A stretch of 64,000 nucleotides of DNA from Octopus vulgaris. Its lineage: Eukaryota. The stretch is from contig OX597818.1 of assembly GCA_951406725.2 (NCBI GenBank), positions 7,812,001 through 7,876,000 of the forward strand, read 5' to 3'. Below the pieces are notes generated by a model. It saw only the letters and a program-made list of their open reading frames with translations, ran no database searches and was not told the DNA's origin. Of this stretch, positions 12,241-25,370 are shown piece by piece. Every line of letters starts with the position of its first letter. Within the stretch, counting starts at the first letter, position 1. The translations under genes and the position numbers were made by a program.

Positions 12241-13262
12241 AATTATTTCGTTGTATAATATTGCTCACTTGCTTAGTAAATATTGATTTCATTATTTTAT
12301 CGGAGTTATAATCTCCCTTTTTAAAACAAACATCACGGTAGTCCGACAACTGAGGGAGAAGCAGTTTATCACGTTTTACTTTCCCCTCAAAGTAACATAG
12401 ATATTTCAATATAGCAGCCCATCGGTAAGCTTTGCAGTATGTGACAGTGAGAGAACATTGCAAACAATGAATGAAATAACATGAAATGAAAAATTCATAT
12501 AAATAAAAGCGCATTGCTACAGATGTATATGGCCCCAGAAAAATGGATACTTTTTAACAAAATTTTCTACAACTACCGCTTAGGTTTTGTGGCTTCAGAA
12601 TATATAGGGATTTATGGAAATAATTTTTGCGAAGTGCTGGGAAGAGAAGTTTCAGAAAATTCACACAATCTAACCTTTTTCCTTCATAACTTTCAGGAAG
12701 ATGGGTAACTTAATGAAAATTTATAGGAATCCTTTTCAAACGGCATGGATTACGATTATAAATTTGTGGGGAAATTTTTTCGGGGATTTTCTCCATTTTT
12801 ATAAACCACGGCCTTCGAAATGTGGGGGAGCATCTCTGTATGAAAAATGTTTTGAAAACTCTTATTTTAAAATCTCCTCCCTCATTTTCCCACTCCGGAC
12901 ATATTTTGGCCATTTTTTTTTTTGCACTTCAAAACCATGCAAAGAGCATTTTTTGTAAAAGTTTTTTTTCAAATTGTTAATATTTTCAGGGGGAAAAGTG
13001 AGTTATGGGCGATTTGGCTGTTGTTTCTAGCATGTCCAAAGACAACCCTCCTCGTTTCTTTCACTCTCGCATGTATTGGTGTTTTTCAATATTTTTCTCC
13101 ATAATTACATTTATATGCAATAAAAAAGAAAATTTGAGAAATGATGAAATTTTCGCAAACCCACTCCCTGTCCACGAATTTTCTGTTTGGAAATTAAAAT
13201 ATTGGAGAACCTGATGTCATTGATGGAATTTATCAACAGTGATTTAAAAAATTGCAGACATA

Positions 13263-13360
13263 TACTTGCATAGCAAGTGACTTGATCTGAGATGGTGTGC
13301 AAAATTTATTGCAGCGTGGAAGATGTTTGTAAACGATTAAAGAGCACACAAATTCCGCAG
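13263..13360. repeat. Interspersed repeat fragment (second copy at 22190-22378)
   Basis: GCATAGCAAGT..TGATCTGAGAT.GTGTGC..TTGCAGCGTGGAAG shared with 22193-22290. Confidence 0.75.
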
Positions 13361-13629
13361 CGAATGCAATGAATATTTAAATTTGTGATGAATGCGACGC
13401 TGTAAATATTTAGATTTGGGAGAAATTGGAGTTTAAAAATTTCAATAAATTTGAGAAATAGAAATTATAGGTAAATTCTTAGAGCATGAATTTATAAAAA
13501 AAAATAAGTGTTTCCAGACGATCAACCCTTTAATAATTACTTTCTTTTAGTACTTTTAGTAATTGTTACATACCTAATTAGTAAGCAGCTTTCTCCTTTA
13601 TTATGTAGATTATTGTTATTTTCATTATT

Positions 13630-13815
13630 TTTGATGTTGATGTTGTTTTTTGTCGTTGTTGTTACTGTTGCTGCTGTTGCTGTTGTTAAATGATGACGAT
13701 GATGATGATGATGATGATGATGTGGTGGTGGTGATGGTGGTGGTGGTGGTGGTGGTGGTAGTTTTGGTGACGATGAAGACGACGATGACGACAACGACGA
13801 TGATGATGATGATGA
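13630..13815. repeat. Compound trinucleotide microsatellite (GTT/GAT/GGT)
   Basis: Direct reading. Confidence 0.9.
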
Positions 13816-14964
13816 ACACTGACAGTAACACTTCTCCCTTTTTCTAATTGTATTTAGCGAGATAGGAATGAAACCGAATTGCAATAGGAAAATTCCTTTT
13901 AATGAAAATGGGTGGAGCTAAAGGAAAACGGACCATCTGTAAGATCTTTAATAACCTCTGGCTTAAATGTACAATAAAACCCCAAAGCCATCCATCAGTG
14001 ACTAAATGTCGGAAAAAATAAAAAGAATTCACTGACAGCATGAAAGAATGAAATAAAAATAGAAAATGGTAATAGAAAATAAAAGTAGCATAGATTTATA
14101 AAGCAAATGTAATAATAAGAAAAAATAGTAATAAAATGAGATTGCAGTAACATCTTCAGGAGCAAGAATAGATGATATAAAACTAAAGCTAGGAAAAACT
14201 TAACAAGGGTAATAAAAACAAACACTAGAGAAATTTAGATAGAGAGACAGATGGAGAAAAGGCAGATTGAGAGGTGGGATAACGATTTTATATGAGGGTG
14301 GTTTGTTGCTACGAGTATAATGAAAGTGACACCAGCCAGAGAAAGAAGAGATACAGATTTGGATAGGAGGTAGTAGTAGCAATGATAATGGTGCTGCTTT
14401 AGATGGTTTAGGTAGGGTTAGTGGCTTATATAGGGGGAGGTCTGTGCATGAGCCGAGGTATTAAATTAGAGCTCCTTGCAAATAATGTAACCATTTTCGT
14501 TGATTGTTCTCAACAACAAGCTGTCTCGTATTTCAAACTTACATCAAGAAATTTTTTATACATGACTGCAGCAAAATCACCCTCACCGTCTCCTGATTCA
14601 CCACCATCTCTTGAAAATTCATTTTCGGCATTACCACAGCCAACACCGTGCCTGCAGATCCGCCTTTGGCGTCGTTGTCAACAGCAGCACCATCATCATC
14701 GTCAATGTGATCGAGAACACTAGCTCCGGCATTGCACATATTATTAACCTTAAAGATAGTACTATCACTCCACCACCATCCCATGGCAGTGCTTCCTCAT
14801 AATATTCATGAACACTTCCCTGATTTTCTTCAGAAATGTTCAGGAGTTCTTTTGTCTTTCGACACTTTATAATTATGATCATCATCATTTTCATTAACAT
14901 CGATGCCACAGAAAACGTCACTACCCTACCAACACCTTTCTCTGTCACCTCCTCCTCTCACTCC

Positions 14965-15103
14965 CCTTCATCTTCAACATCATCGTCATCGTCGTCGTTA
15001 TGATGATGATCATGGTGATCACGATGATCATTATCATCATCGTCATCACCACCATCATCATTATCATCATCACCACCACCACCACCATCCTCCTCCTCCT
15101 CAT

Positions 15104-15144
<41 letters not shown>

Positions 15145-15150
15145 GCGGCG
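14965..15150. repeat. Compound trinucleotide microsatellite (CAT/CAC/CAG)
   Basis: Direct reading. Confidence 0.9.
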
Positions 15151-16464
15151 GCAACTCCAATTGACCTCTCGCTGTATTTAGATTAACAGACAAATCTTCC
15201 AAAATTCGACTATTACAGTTTTGAATAAATCATGAATATATAGAATATGTTATGATGCTACATACAAAAGAATGCGAGGTGTCGCGGCTCAAAAGCTTTT
15301 GATCGAAGGAATTATCATTAAAGTTTGAAATGTTAAACACTAACAACACCATCACCAATAAACGAGTCACTGACCACTTGCTTTGCCAAAACTCTTTTAA
15401 ACACATAAAAAATATATATAAAGATAGTACTGGTTTATTTAATCTCAGATATTCAGAAAGTCGAGGTGGTCACCATTTTGATCATAAGTCCATTGCTAAA
15501 AATAACAACAAATATATAAATGCCATCACCATCCCTACTACTATGATTTTCTACATTGTGATAAATATTAGCACTGCTGTAAAATGTTCATGGGTCCAGC
15601 TAGTTAAGATTATTATACTTAAGTACAACAGAAACAGTCAGCTAAGAAAATAATCCCTTCTACCACAGAAGACCGCCCTTCAGCTCATACCCTGAGTTTT
15701 AAAATATACTGTATCACAATTAAATAGAGGATGAAGAAGACTAAACTTCAAATTCACAATAGGCAGGTCTTTATGAGGTTCGAATTTTGGACAATATTGC
15801 ATCTATCATATATTAACGTGAAAGAAGAAACATCTACGTTGTTTCTCCAACTCTTGAAAATAGGAGGATCCTATTCTTGACACCACATTCTAACATCTTC
15901 AAAAGGAAAGTCACAATATAATGTAGTCCTGGAGATATAGTAGGTCGGAACATTTGGACGAGATCACCATTTTGCTCATAGATTGTTTCGTTGAGAACTG
16001 AACTGGGATTCATAAAACATACTACGGTCACTTTTCATTAACAAGGAAATGCCGTACAATCACGTTAACTGAATAAAAATGACCAAGAATTTCACACCAA
16101 ATTTCGAATGATTGTATTTAAGAAAAGGAACGAAATTCAGTATATGATAAAAAAAAAAAAGCTATTGGTACCTTAAATGTTAATGAAAGATGGGCTGTTT
16201 ACTGTTGGAAGACTTCTGATAACACCGGACAACAAAGATTTGGCTACTGGGGTAAAAGCATGTTTTAGACTAAATCGAGGATGCTGATTCCGAATCCACA
16301 CTCAGAATTGTTCCAGCACTCCAGAATTGTTCCAGGATTTTGAGTTTTGCGCATGCGGATTTTATAAATATACTTTCGGCTAACTACAGGCCGTATTATA
16401 AAATTTGCTGAAATGAATGCGGTCTTAATTCAAAATTAAGCGTACGGAAGTGTTCGAGCTTCAG

Positions 16465-17870
16465 AGAACCGCGGTGACATGTTCGAAAGTAATTTTATGG
16501 TTGCTTTACATCCGTTCAATTTTCCAAGCTTAATGTCAAACAAAGTACAGTACTCCTTTTTCAGATGTTCCACTGATGGCGAATCACAGTTTTAATCAAG
16601 GTGAGTGTACTAGGTAATTGTTGTAACCAATCATGACCCAACAGGTTTGAACGATTTCCAGTATTTACGTATACGGATAGAACACGCATGACATCACCAT
16701 GTCGCAAGGTTACATTGCAAACTCTAATTATTAGGACTTTTTGCCAGGTATATGTTTTTAAAGTTGAGTAGTTTGTAGAAAGTAGTGGTAAACAACTGAC
16801 AGAACGAGTGGTAACAACAGAGACATGCGTACTAACTGACCTTCAATTATCACATCAACAATGTACGGAGGTGGTCGGACTGTAGTATTATCAGTAGTGA
16901 ATAAAATAAAATTAAAACGAAATCTTGGTCTTGGTTTTCCAGATTTGTTTTTATCGCTCGCACTGATTGTTTTTGTGAAGACGAAACTGTGTTCATTGTT
17001 CTTTGTACGACAAACTCAGGCAAGATGTCCTGTTTTACCACATAAATGACAAACAGTTTGCTGATGCCGGCACCCAGATGGAAAATAATGTTTAAATGCA
17101 CAACGATAAAACTGTAAAATAGTAAACTGTTTTTCTGTAAGATTAGATGGCCGTGTTACTGTAGACGTAGTAGTTTTTACAGCATCTGCCTCTCTTTGTA
17201 TAGAAAATTTAGTTAGCGGATGTGAAATATTTTTGCTTTGGCTCAAGCTCCTTCTCAAGTAAGCTTTAATTTTACTTCCGAAAGCAATTTAGAACGGGCA
17301 GTGTCATCACGAATATCGGAAAGGAGACATTGCAAAGCCTTTTCGTTTTCAAACATTTTTGGAGGAATCAGATTGCATTCACACTCAGGTAAAGCTTGTT
17401 GTATTCTGTCAATGAAATCATTGTAATCTTCTTCAGGATTCTGATTTAATTTTATAAAGCAGTAACATGATGTGTCCACATTTTTAGCAGATCTCCATAG
17501 TCCATTCAGTAATCAAAACACTTTAGTTAATGTGGCAGATTCTGTAATTCTCAACGCGTCGAAGTGTCTTTGTCCTTCCTCCCTGAAACATTGGCGTAAT
17601 GACTTTATTTTCTGACATTCTGATAAATAAATGGTTGGCTTTAGTATCGGAATTAGTTCTAAATAATACCAAAACGAACATTTCCAGCGATTCCATAGAG
17701 CAGGGATAGCTTGTCTGAAGAAGTACTCCATAGTTGTGTGGGTAAATGCACCATTGTATATATACTTATCCTCGTCGTCAGTTAATATGTACCAGTCCGC
17801 TTCCAGTAATATGTAATTCAGGACATAGCGTAATGAAAACAGAATACCCAGCGCACGCTGTAGATAAGAT
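16465..17870 (-). mobile_element. Ty3/gypsy (Mag-like) LTR retrotransposon remnant: LTR end, PBS, gag, protease
   Basis: Minus strand TTAAC-TGACGACGAGG (PBS-like TGGCGACGAG); gag double knuckle YRCAFKH..C..CHLCGKTGHLA*VC; protease LKTYTW..NLLGHDWLQQL; EYCTLFDIKLGKLNG..PRF. Confidence 0.82.
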
Positions 17871-17872
17871 TG

Positions 17873-19500
17873 ATTTCTTTATTAACCACAAGGGGCAAAC
17901 GTAGAGAGGACAACACAAAATGTGTGGGGACAAAAACCAATGAAAGAAAAATGAAATGAAAATGAATAGATGAAAGACAACTTTCGGCGCCACCTCCGAG
18001 CGACTTCAGTTTTCCTGTTTATACAACCTTAAATGCATCAAGCTCCATCTTTCTGTAGAATGTTAATATTGAAAACATCTCGGAGATTACGATAGTTTAT
18101 ATACATTTGTACTTGTCTGGTGTCCATTGTATTCTCCCAGTATTCAAAGTCTTTATTATAGTTAACTATTTTTGACATTTGATCCCGGTTTCCAGCACAC
18201 AATTATAACACCATACTATCCCAGTATTAACAGTTTTTCCATCTTCCCAAGTGTTTATCTCGTTCCAGAGTTTTTTATTTAAACCGTCGTATATCAGTAC
18301 GCATTTTGTTTTTTCACAAACCGAGGAAGAGGAAGTTTTGGGGATCTTGTGTGTTTGTTTTTTTCTTTGTGTCACTGGGGGTGTGAGGAAGATTCGTGTC
18401 TGTAGGGGAGAAAGGTGAAAAGTGGCTGTGGTTAGGTGTCGGGTGGGTGTGGGATGGTGGCCGACATCCACAGGGCGTATCTTTTTCCTCTGTTTCTCTT
18501 TTTCCCTCCGACCGTGTCCCAATCATTTCATTCGTTGCTTGCTTTTTCTTCTTCCTCAGCACTTGAGTTTTCTTTTGTTGGGGCTGGAGATGCAACTTTC
18601 TCCCTGCTTACGGGTTTTCTTGGGTTTTCTTTGGTGGCGGAGGACAGTCCGCTCTAATGTAGTCTTTTAGGTCACACTTGTAGCAACGTGGGTTCCTGCC
18701 CTCCACTCTGACCCTGATTATAACATCTTCTATAGAGATAGCTTCTACTAAATTTTCAAGCTCCTCCAAGGGCGCCTGGATAATCATATCCTTGGAGGAC
18801 TGCTATCTTATCTTCATTGCCCAGCAGTATGGCAGCTACTAGCCGGGCTAGATCAGTCTCTGGTGGTTGTATCCTCTACCCTAAACCTGGAAGCACGACT
18901 CCCATGGTACATGGGTAGAAGTACCACTTCTGTCTTTAAAGTGATTGCCGAGTGTAATCTGACAGTAGCTATATCTCAGAAGCGCACCTCTACTGTTCCG
19001 AGCTTCCCTCCTCTGGCAAAGTAGGAAATCCCTTGCCAGATTGGTTTGAAGGCTTTTTCTACTTGCGTGGTCGTCATTATTTCGATTTTCTTTGTTTTCA
19101 TGGAGTACATTCTATATATTATAGTTTTCTCCTTGACAGTTTTCAAAATTCCTTGAGGAGGGGACACCTTTACATCGCACCCCTCCCTACAAAGGATGTT
19201 GTTATATTTACTCAGTTCTGTTAGATTTCGTTGCTGTTGCTCTTGGAGACAGCCGCAAAACTTCTTTTCTTCACCTGCTCCTCCATTACTTCGACAGACC
19301 TCAATAGTTCCTCCTCAGAGACTTAGGCTCCGAAAAGGTGAGGCTTTCGTACTCCATTGTTAATTCTTGTGTTACCCACTTCATCGAAGGGGGAAAGTGC
19401 ATACAAACTGCCGTAAGGCAGTTAAACTAGTGTAACAACGTGTTTAAAAAACACGAAACAATTTTATTAATAATAAATGATTCAAAAAAATAACACTCAC
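17873..19500 (-). mobile_element. ORF1-only Tx1/L1-derived non-autonomous element (HAL1-like)
   Basis: ORF1-like ..KTIIYRMYS..GTVEVRF.. and RVRVEGRNPRCYKCDLKDYIRADC (degenerate CCHC); no EN/RT follows; ends in GCCCCTTGTGGTTAATAAAGAAAT like the Tx1 element ending at 30922. Confidence 0.6.
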
Positions 19501-19659
19501 GTACGTGAATGCTGTAGTTAAGACTGGCTTAAAAAAAAAAATTATTTGCAAATTGTCGAGCGGTTACTGTTTACATCTCGCTCTGAGATTTAATAATGAT
19601 TACAGTCACTTTTTCGAAATCAGTGGCAGACGTCACTAGAAAAACTCTTATATATTTGC

Positions 19660-19957
19660 AAAGCGGGCCTTGTCTTTCATCGTGACCTGGTGGTTACCGC
19701 CCGTTGATAAGCGACAATAATCTCGAAACCGGTCCGTGCGTATCACTCAGGCTTGCGAGGAAGGGATGGCCTCCCTTTGCAAATACTTCAAGGGCACTGA
19801 AAGGATGTCTAAAGTCAGCTGGAGACGATGATCTCCTGGGGCTAAAAAGCTACAGTAACACCCCCACTTCGTGGTTAGCCATATTGAGATGGCTTTTATA
19901 CTTTAAATTTACAGCAAGTTTTATAGATAGGAAAAGAACCAATCAGAATTAGCCACC
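19660..19957 (+). repeat. Penelope-terminal-like repeat with minimal hammerhead-like motif (related copy at 25140-25370)
   Basis: Shares TGTTACTG..TTTAGCCCCAGGA with 25140-25370 in the opposite orientation; motif CGCCCG-TTGATAA-..-GAAACCGGTC-CGTGCG. Confidence 0.55.
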
Positions 19958-21214
19958 ATACACACATACACGCACATGCGCTTTTGACTGAATGATACAA
20001 AACACGTAGACGTAAATTCAAGTTGTAACAGTAATGTTAGTTAATTGATAAATTAATTTTATCCTTTATTTTCTTGCTTAATAATATTTGATATTAATAA
20101 TATATTTGCTGTAGAGATATCTCTTCACAGTATGATATATTAAACCAGTGTAACTTAGATGGAATCACCCCTATAAGAGGTTTATATACTCAAATTGACT
20201 ATATATATATATACATATATGTTTAACAGAAATAACAGATTGACTGTTACTTCTGCTATATATTATTAATAAAAGTACACACCCACATTCATGAATATAC
20301 AAGCAACATCAATGCATGTATACAGTTTAATTTCTGTTTCTTTGCCATACAAGTTGCGTTTGCAACGTGAATTAGTAACGCATGATTTACAGAAGTACAT
20401 TAAAACATATACTCACCCAGATTCGGGACTGTAATTCAATGATGCCTTATGCGTTACATCTCATTTCGACATTTTAGTTAGGTTCCTCGTTAATTATGTT
20501 TCAAACAAGAATAGTACACAAGAGACGTTTTACCTGTTCTATATGCAAATTCCAAAGTTACATAAATGGCATTTCGTAAATGTTCGTACTATTCCAATCC
20601 ATTGGTGCAAATTGTACTGACATGAGGCTTCGTCTCGCTTTTTTTCTTTTGTTTCTCCACCAATAATACTTTCGTACCTAATCTCTGTAGATAGATAGAT
20701 AAATAGATAGACAGATAGATAGCTAGATAGATAGACATTACTTTATTAATAATTATTATTTTTGTTTTTATTACTTAAGATCTGATGATCTCTGAATATA
20801 TAAACTGAACAGTTTCCAGAAAATATATCGATAAATTTATTATACACTACTGTAAATCTGTATTGAGTCAAAACAATATGTAATTTAACTTTACTGATTT
20901 AACAACATCAACTGCACACATGCACACACACACACATGTATATACATACATATATGTATACACACACATGCACACACATATATATATATATACACAATTT
21001 TATTATATGTATTCATAAGAACATATGCTCATGAATTCACAGGATGTCAGAAGAGAAACAAGGTACGATTACATAGAACCCACATTTATATGAATAACAT
21101 TGAGTATGTTAAAGTTGATCTTTGCTGCGCTAAATGCATAAAATGTTAACACAAATGGCGTTTATAATTTGAACACCATTTTTATTCACTCTGACATAAA
21201 TTCCTCATATCTAT

Positions 21215-21240
21215 TATATGTATATATATATGTGTGTATG

Positions 21241-21274
<34 letters not shown>

Positions 21275-21325
21275 TGTATGTATGTATGTATGTATGTATG
21301 TATGTATGTATGTATGTATGTATAT
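21215..21325. repeat. (TATG)n microsatellite
   Basis: Direct reading. Confidence 0.95.
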
Positions 21326-21335
21326 GTGCATAAAG

Positions 21336-21967
21336 AACATAAAGTACATTCTCTGCATCAGTTGTCCACTGTTTTACCTACTCCGCGTTTTCGAAGGTAG
21401 GGACAAGACGCGACTTCGTTAAAACCATCCTTCCCGCAAGTCAAATTAAATAAAATTTGGGATGTTCTTTTTGCAGAGTGTTAAAGTGGTAACAAAAACA
21501 GGACAGTAAGAACAAAAAAGTAAAAACAAACGGTGAGGGTTGTTAAGCCATGACAACGTTTCCCACACTTACCCTATTCTGCCCCTCTCCCCTTCACTGT
21601 TCCCTCCCTCACTCTCACTCTGCCTTCTTGATTCTCTCGCTGCTCACACGTGACCAGCGGTTATCTATCTTTCTCCCACTTCCTTCCGAAAGACAAGACG
21701 TGCTTTTGCCTGTCTCTTCTCAAAACTCATTTTTCCAGCGTTCACTACCACCTTGTCATGGCTTAACAGCACTCACCGTTTGTTTTTACTATTTTGTTCT
21801 TACTGTCCTGTTTTTGTTACCACATTAATCCTCTGCAAATAATCCCAAATTTTATTTAATTTGCATTGCGGGAAGGACAGTTTTAATGAAAACGAGTCCT
21901 GTCCCTACCTTCGAACGCGGAGTAGATAAAACAGGGGACAACTGATGCAGAGAATGTTTTTTATATT
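21336..21967. repeat. Long inverted repeat / foldback element (~220-bp arms, ~195-bp spacer)
   Basis: Arms 21336-21556 and 21753-21967 are near reverse complements (CATTCTCTGCATCAGTTGTCC.. / ..GGACAACTGATGCAGAGAATG). Confidence 0.9.
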
Positions 21968-22119
21968 GCCTGTCTCGTTTCTGTATGCGTTTCTTTGTTG
22001 TTCGAGAAAAAGTTCGTTTCTATGATTTTGATTTATATGTTCTTGTTTCTCATTCTGTTCACGTGTTTCTGTCGTCTTGTACCTGTATATGCATGTATAT
22101 ATACTTATATATGTAGGTA

Positions 22120-22188
<69 letters not shown>

Positions 22189-22378
22189 AGATGTACTCGC
22201 ATAGCAAGTAATTTGATCTGAGATCGTGTGCTGAAACAATTGCAGCGTGGAAGGTGTTTATAAGCCATTTAAGAAACACACAAAAGCCGTTCGATTCACT
22301 TCAACATTTAAGTTTAATTTGTCAAAATATTTTCGTCGCTAAAATCCGCGACCTGTTCACTGACAAAGTCCGTGCTGC

Positions 22379-22440
<62 letters not shown>

Positions 22441-22442
22441 TT

Positions 22443-23075
22443 AGAGGGTGCGTAAGATATTTGAGGACAGATGTATATTTATAAAAATGCTATGCGGATA
22501 AAAATAAACCTTCTTTTCTATAATGTTATTCAATAAAGCCACCTTCAGCTTCAGCAGCTACTTTGATATGAGATCTTAATCATCTATATCCTCGAATCAA
22601 GTGGTCCTAGTTTGTTTTGGACTATGGCAGCTTTCATAGAATCTTTATTGTCATGGGCGTGTTCAATGACCTCTGTCTCAACAACGCTCCAGATTGAGAT
22701 CTGTGGAATTAGGAGGCCAAAGTTTTAGTGGTTATGTGATCATGAAAATGTTCAACCATCCATTTATGTGTTGCTAGAGCCATGTGTGATTGTGCAGGGT
22801 CTTACTAAAATACATATGACCTTCTATTGTATACATTGTATATCCCGAGCTTAACAATTATTTCTAGGACCTCAATGTAAGCGGCAGAGTTCAATCTAAT
22901 GCCTTGTGGAAAGATGTAAGGAAGCATCACAACTCCTTCATTGCCGACAACCACTAAAACCATAACGGTTGTAGGAAATTTTCTATGCATAAGACTTGGA
23001 ACCTCCGAAGAATCTGCACATAACAATCTGTCATTTCTCCTCATAACTTCTTGATCTTGGTCGAATTTTTACTCG
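22443..23075 (-). mobile_element. 3' part of a Tc1/mariner-superfamily (maT/DD37D-like) transposon
   Basis: RRNDRLLCAD..EVP..KFPTTVMVL..EG.VM.P..F..G..LN..Y..VL..SYVF; LWPPNSTDLN; probable TIR GAGGGTGCGTAAGATATTTGAGGACA after TA. Confidence 0.78.
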
Positions 23076-23580
23076 TTTATATATATATAAATATGTGTGT
23101 GTGTGTGCGTTTGTATGTGTGTGCGTGCGTGTGCGAGTATGTGTGTGTGTGTATGCGTGTGTGTGTATGAGTGTATTGCAATATTCTAGTTTGCATTAAA
23201 AACTTTTTCACTGTTCTCGGTTTGTTAACGGCTAAGCGATCAGGCGAGTATACTGGCATTGATTTAGCAACATTTGAAATATTGTCTAGGTAAATACAAC
23301 TGATGAAGACTAATCAAATTTACGATGACACACTTATTTGAAGAGTCCGAATTCTAGGTACTGGGTTATCCAATTCTGTGTTGTCCATTTATATAATGTT
23401 CTTCCAAGAGGTAAGAATTTTTTTTTTGCTTTTTGTTAGCTGCCCTGAAAGGCCTTTGTCAGTATATATACATTGAAGCTTTACTATACGGTTGTAAATG
23501 TATCAACTGCTATTTCCAGTAAACACCGGTGCTTTGTTGTACCACTACTGTCTCTCTCTCTCTCTCTCTCATTTTCTCCG

Positions 23581-23617
<37 letters not shown>

Positions 23618-23861
23618 CTGTCTTTATTTATTTATTAGAAAAGGCTATTGTGCCAATATGCGAGCCTGCCAGAGATTATTGTTCAGCAAGAAGAGTCATC
23701 GGCGATGTACGCTGGACAGCTGAAGAAGAAAATATAGAACTGTGTGTGCATGGGCGTGTGTGTATGTGTATGAGTATGTGTGTGTGCGCATGTGTATGTG
23801 CATCCAGAGTGCAAAGTTGTAAAACTTTTTAATAGAATGAGCACTCTGCTTACAGAAAATA

Positions 23862-23957
23862 ATTTCTGGGGTCGATTTATTCGACTAAAGGCGGTGTTAC
23901 AGGATTTTCGCTGTCAAATGACAGAAACAATTAAAATAATAAAAGAATAAAAGAATA
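23862..23957 (+). mobile_element. SINE 3' fragment
   Basis: GGGGTCGATTTATTCGACTAAAGGCGGTG..TCAAATGACAGAAAC..(AAAAGAAT)n matches the 3' end of the family at 6590-6782. Confidence 0.6.
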
Positions 23958-23999
23958 TTTCAATCAAAATGTTCAACCTTCAGAAGGATAGTTATAGAA

Positions 24000-25100
24000 A
24001 TCCTCGTAGATCCTGTCATATATATGCAACCGAATGGATTCTGACACTCTTTTAGTCTAGCAGCAGATCCTCTAGTGTTGTTGGTACCCTAGATACCACA
24101 CTGGGATCAGTGGTGGTTTACTGGCCTTTGGATAGCTGCACTCTGATGAAGGTGAATATCTAAATCGATATCAGTGATGGTGGTAAACACCGTGGTAGTA
24201 GTCGGTTATGGTGTAGTCTACATCTGTGTTGTTGCCGATAGCATTAGTAAATGCCGTGGTAGTTGTCGGTGATGGAGTTGGTGCAATATGTTCTTGTATA
24301 GCCGTTGACAAGGATGTGGCTGACAACAGCACCAATCGGCATCGCAGTCGGCAACGGAGAGACTTGACTGTGGCAGTAGCGAATATGATGCTGGTATGCA
24401 ATCACCGTCGTAGCGATAGTGAAGTTGGTCACGGTTGTGGCGATGTATGGACTGTTTGATGAGCCGAACTCTGATGAGCTGTTGATGTTCAGGCCATGCT
24501 AGTTGATCAGTGAGGAATCCTTAATATGGAAATTTCCTATATTTCAGTCGGTAACCACAATAGAAGCGTCTATTTTGTTGTTGTCAAGACATGTGTTTGC
24601 GGAAGGTGTTCCTTCAGTCAGACGCAGTTTATAGGCAGGTGTTGCTTCAATCAGACGCAGAACTTGTCCGTACTATCGATGTAGTGCAAAATACATGTTT
24701 TCAGACACTTGCTCGTGTCGCGGATAGGACCGTTCACCAGGGTGCAAGGTTGTTGCTTCTTGTTTGCTCTTTTCACTGATAGGTGTCTACGCAGATGTCG
24801 AGACGTTCCCTGGGGAAGGTTTTACTGATGTCAAAGGTGGTCTTCTCCTTAAAGTGAGGAATTATCTGGAAGAAGCTGATCCTAGAGCAATTTCTCTTGC
24901 CTCGTTTCTTTGGCTTGCATCCGTGTAGGGAGTTTGCAACGGATGCTGGGAATCCGTTGCGTCAAAGTATGTGTAAGATCGGTGCAATCCGTGCGTCCCG
25001 GCTGGAACTGTCTCTGCATCAATTGTATCACTCCGTATATAGCTCCTCTTAGCACTGATAAGGAGGATCCATTGTAATGAACAAAGAGGACTCGGTACGC
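24000..25100 (-). mobile_element. Possible degraded L1/Tx1 ORF1-like remnant
   Basis: YPRHEQV..ALHR*YGQVLRLIE resembles the ORF1 L..YG.V motif, followed by a T/P/S-rich region; weak. Confidence 0.3.
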
Positions 25101-25139
25101 TGCCTTCATATATATATATATACATGTATATAAACATAA

Positions 25140-25370
25140 TGTGGCAGTCCTGGATGGGACAAATGTTACTGATGTTTAGCCCCAGGAAAGCGTCGTTTCC
25201 TGCTGGCTATTCAACACAATGTCTGTGTCCTTATATTTCGAAACGTGAGAGCTCACCAACTCCACCTAGCACAAAGCAGCACCCGTGGACTGGTTTCTGG
25301 GTTATTGCACTTTATCAGCACAGAATACCTGTTCGGCTAGACGGCGCTGCTGAATTCCCGTTCCAAAATA
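25140..25370 (-). repeat. Penelope-terminal-like repeat with degenerate hammerhead-like motif
   Basis: Minus strand CTGTG-CTGATAA-..-GAAACCAGTC-CACGG (25283-25323); homologous to 19660-19957. Confidence 0.5.

Noticed and set aside
12300-13200. Possible non-autonomous DNA transposon
   Set aside because: The composition is suggestive, but no TIR pair, TSD or second copy was found in the window.
21905-21960. Hammerhead-like words (CGAA(A)CGCG..CTGATGC) in the foldback arms
   Set aside because: The core reads CTGATGC in both arms and I could not build the required stems.
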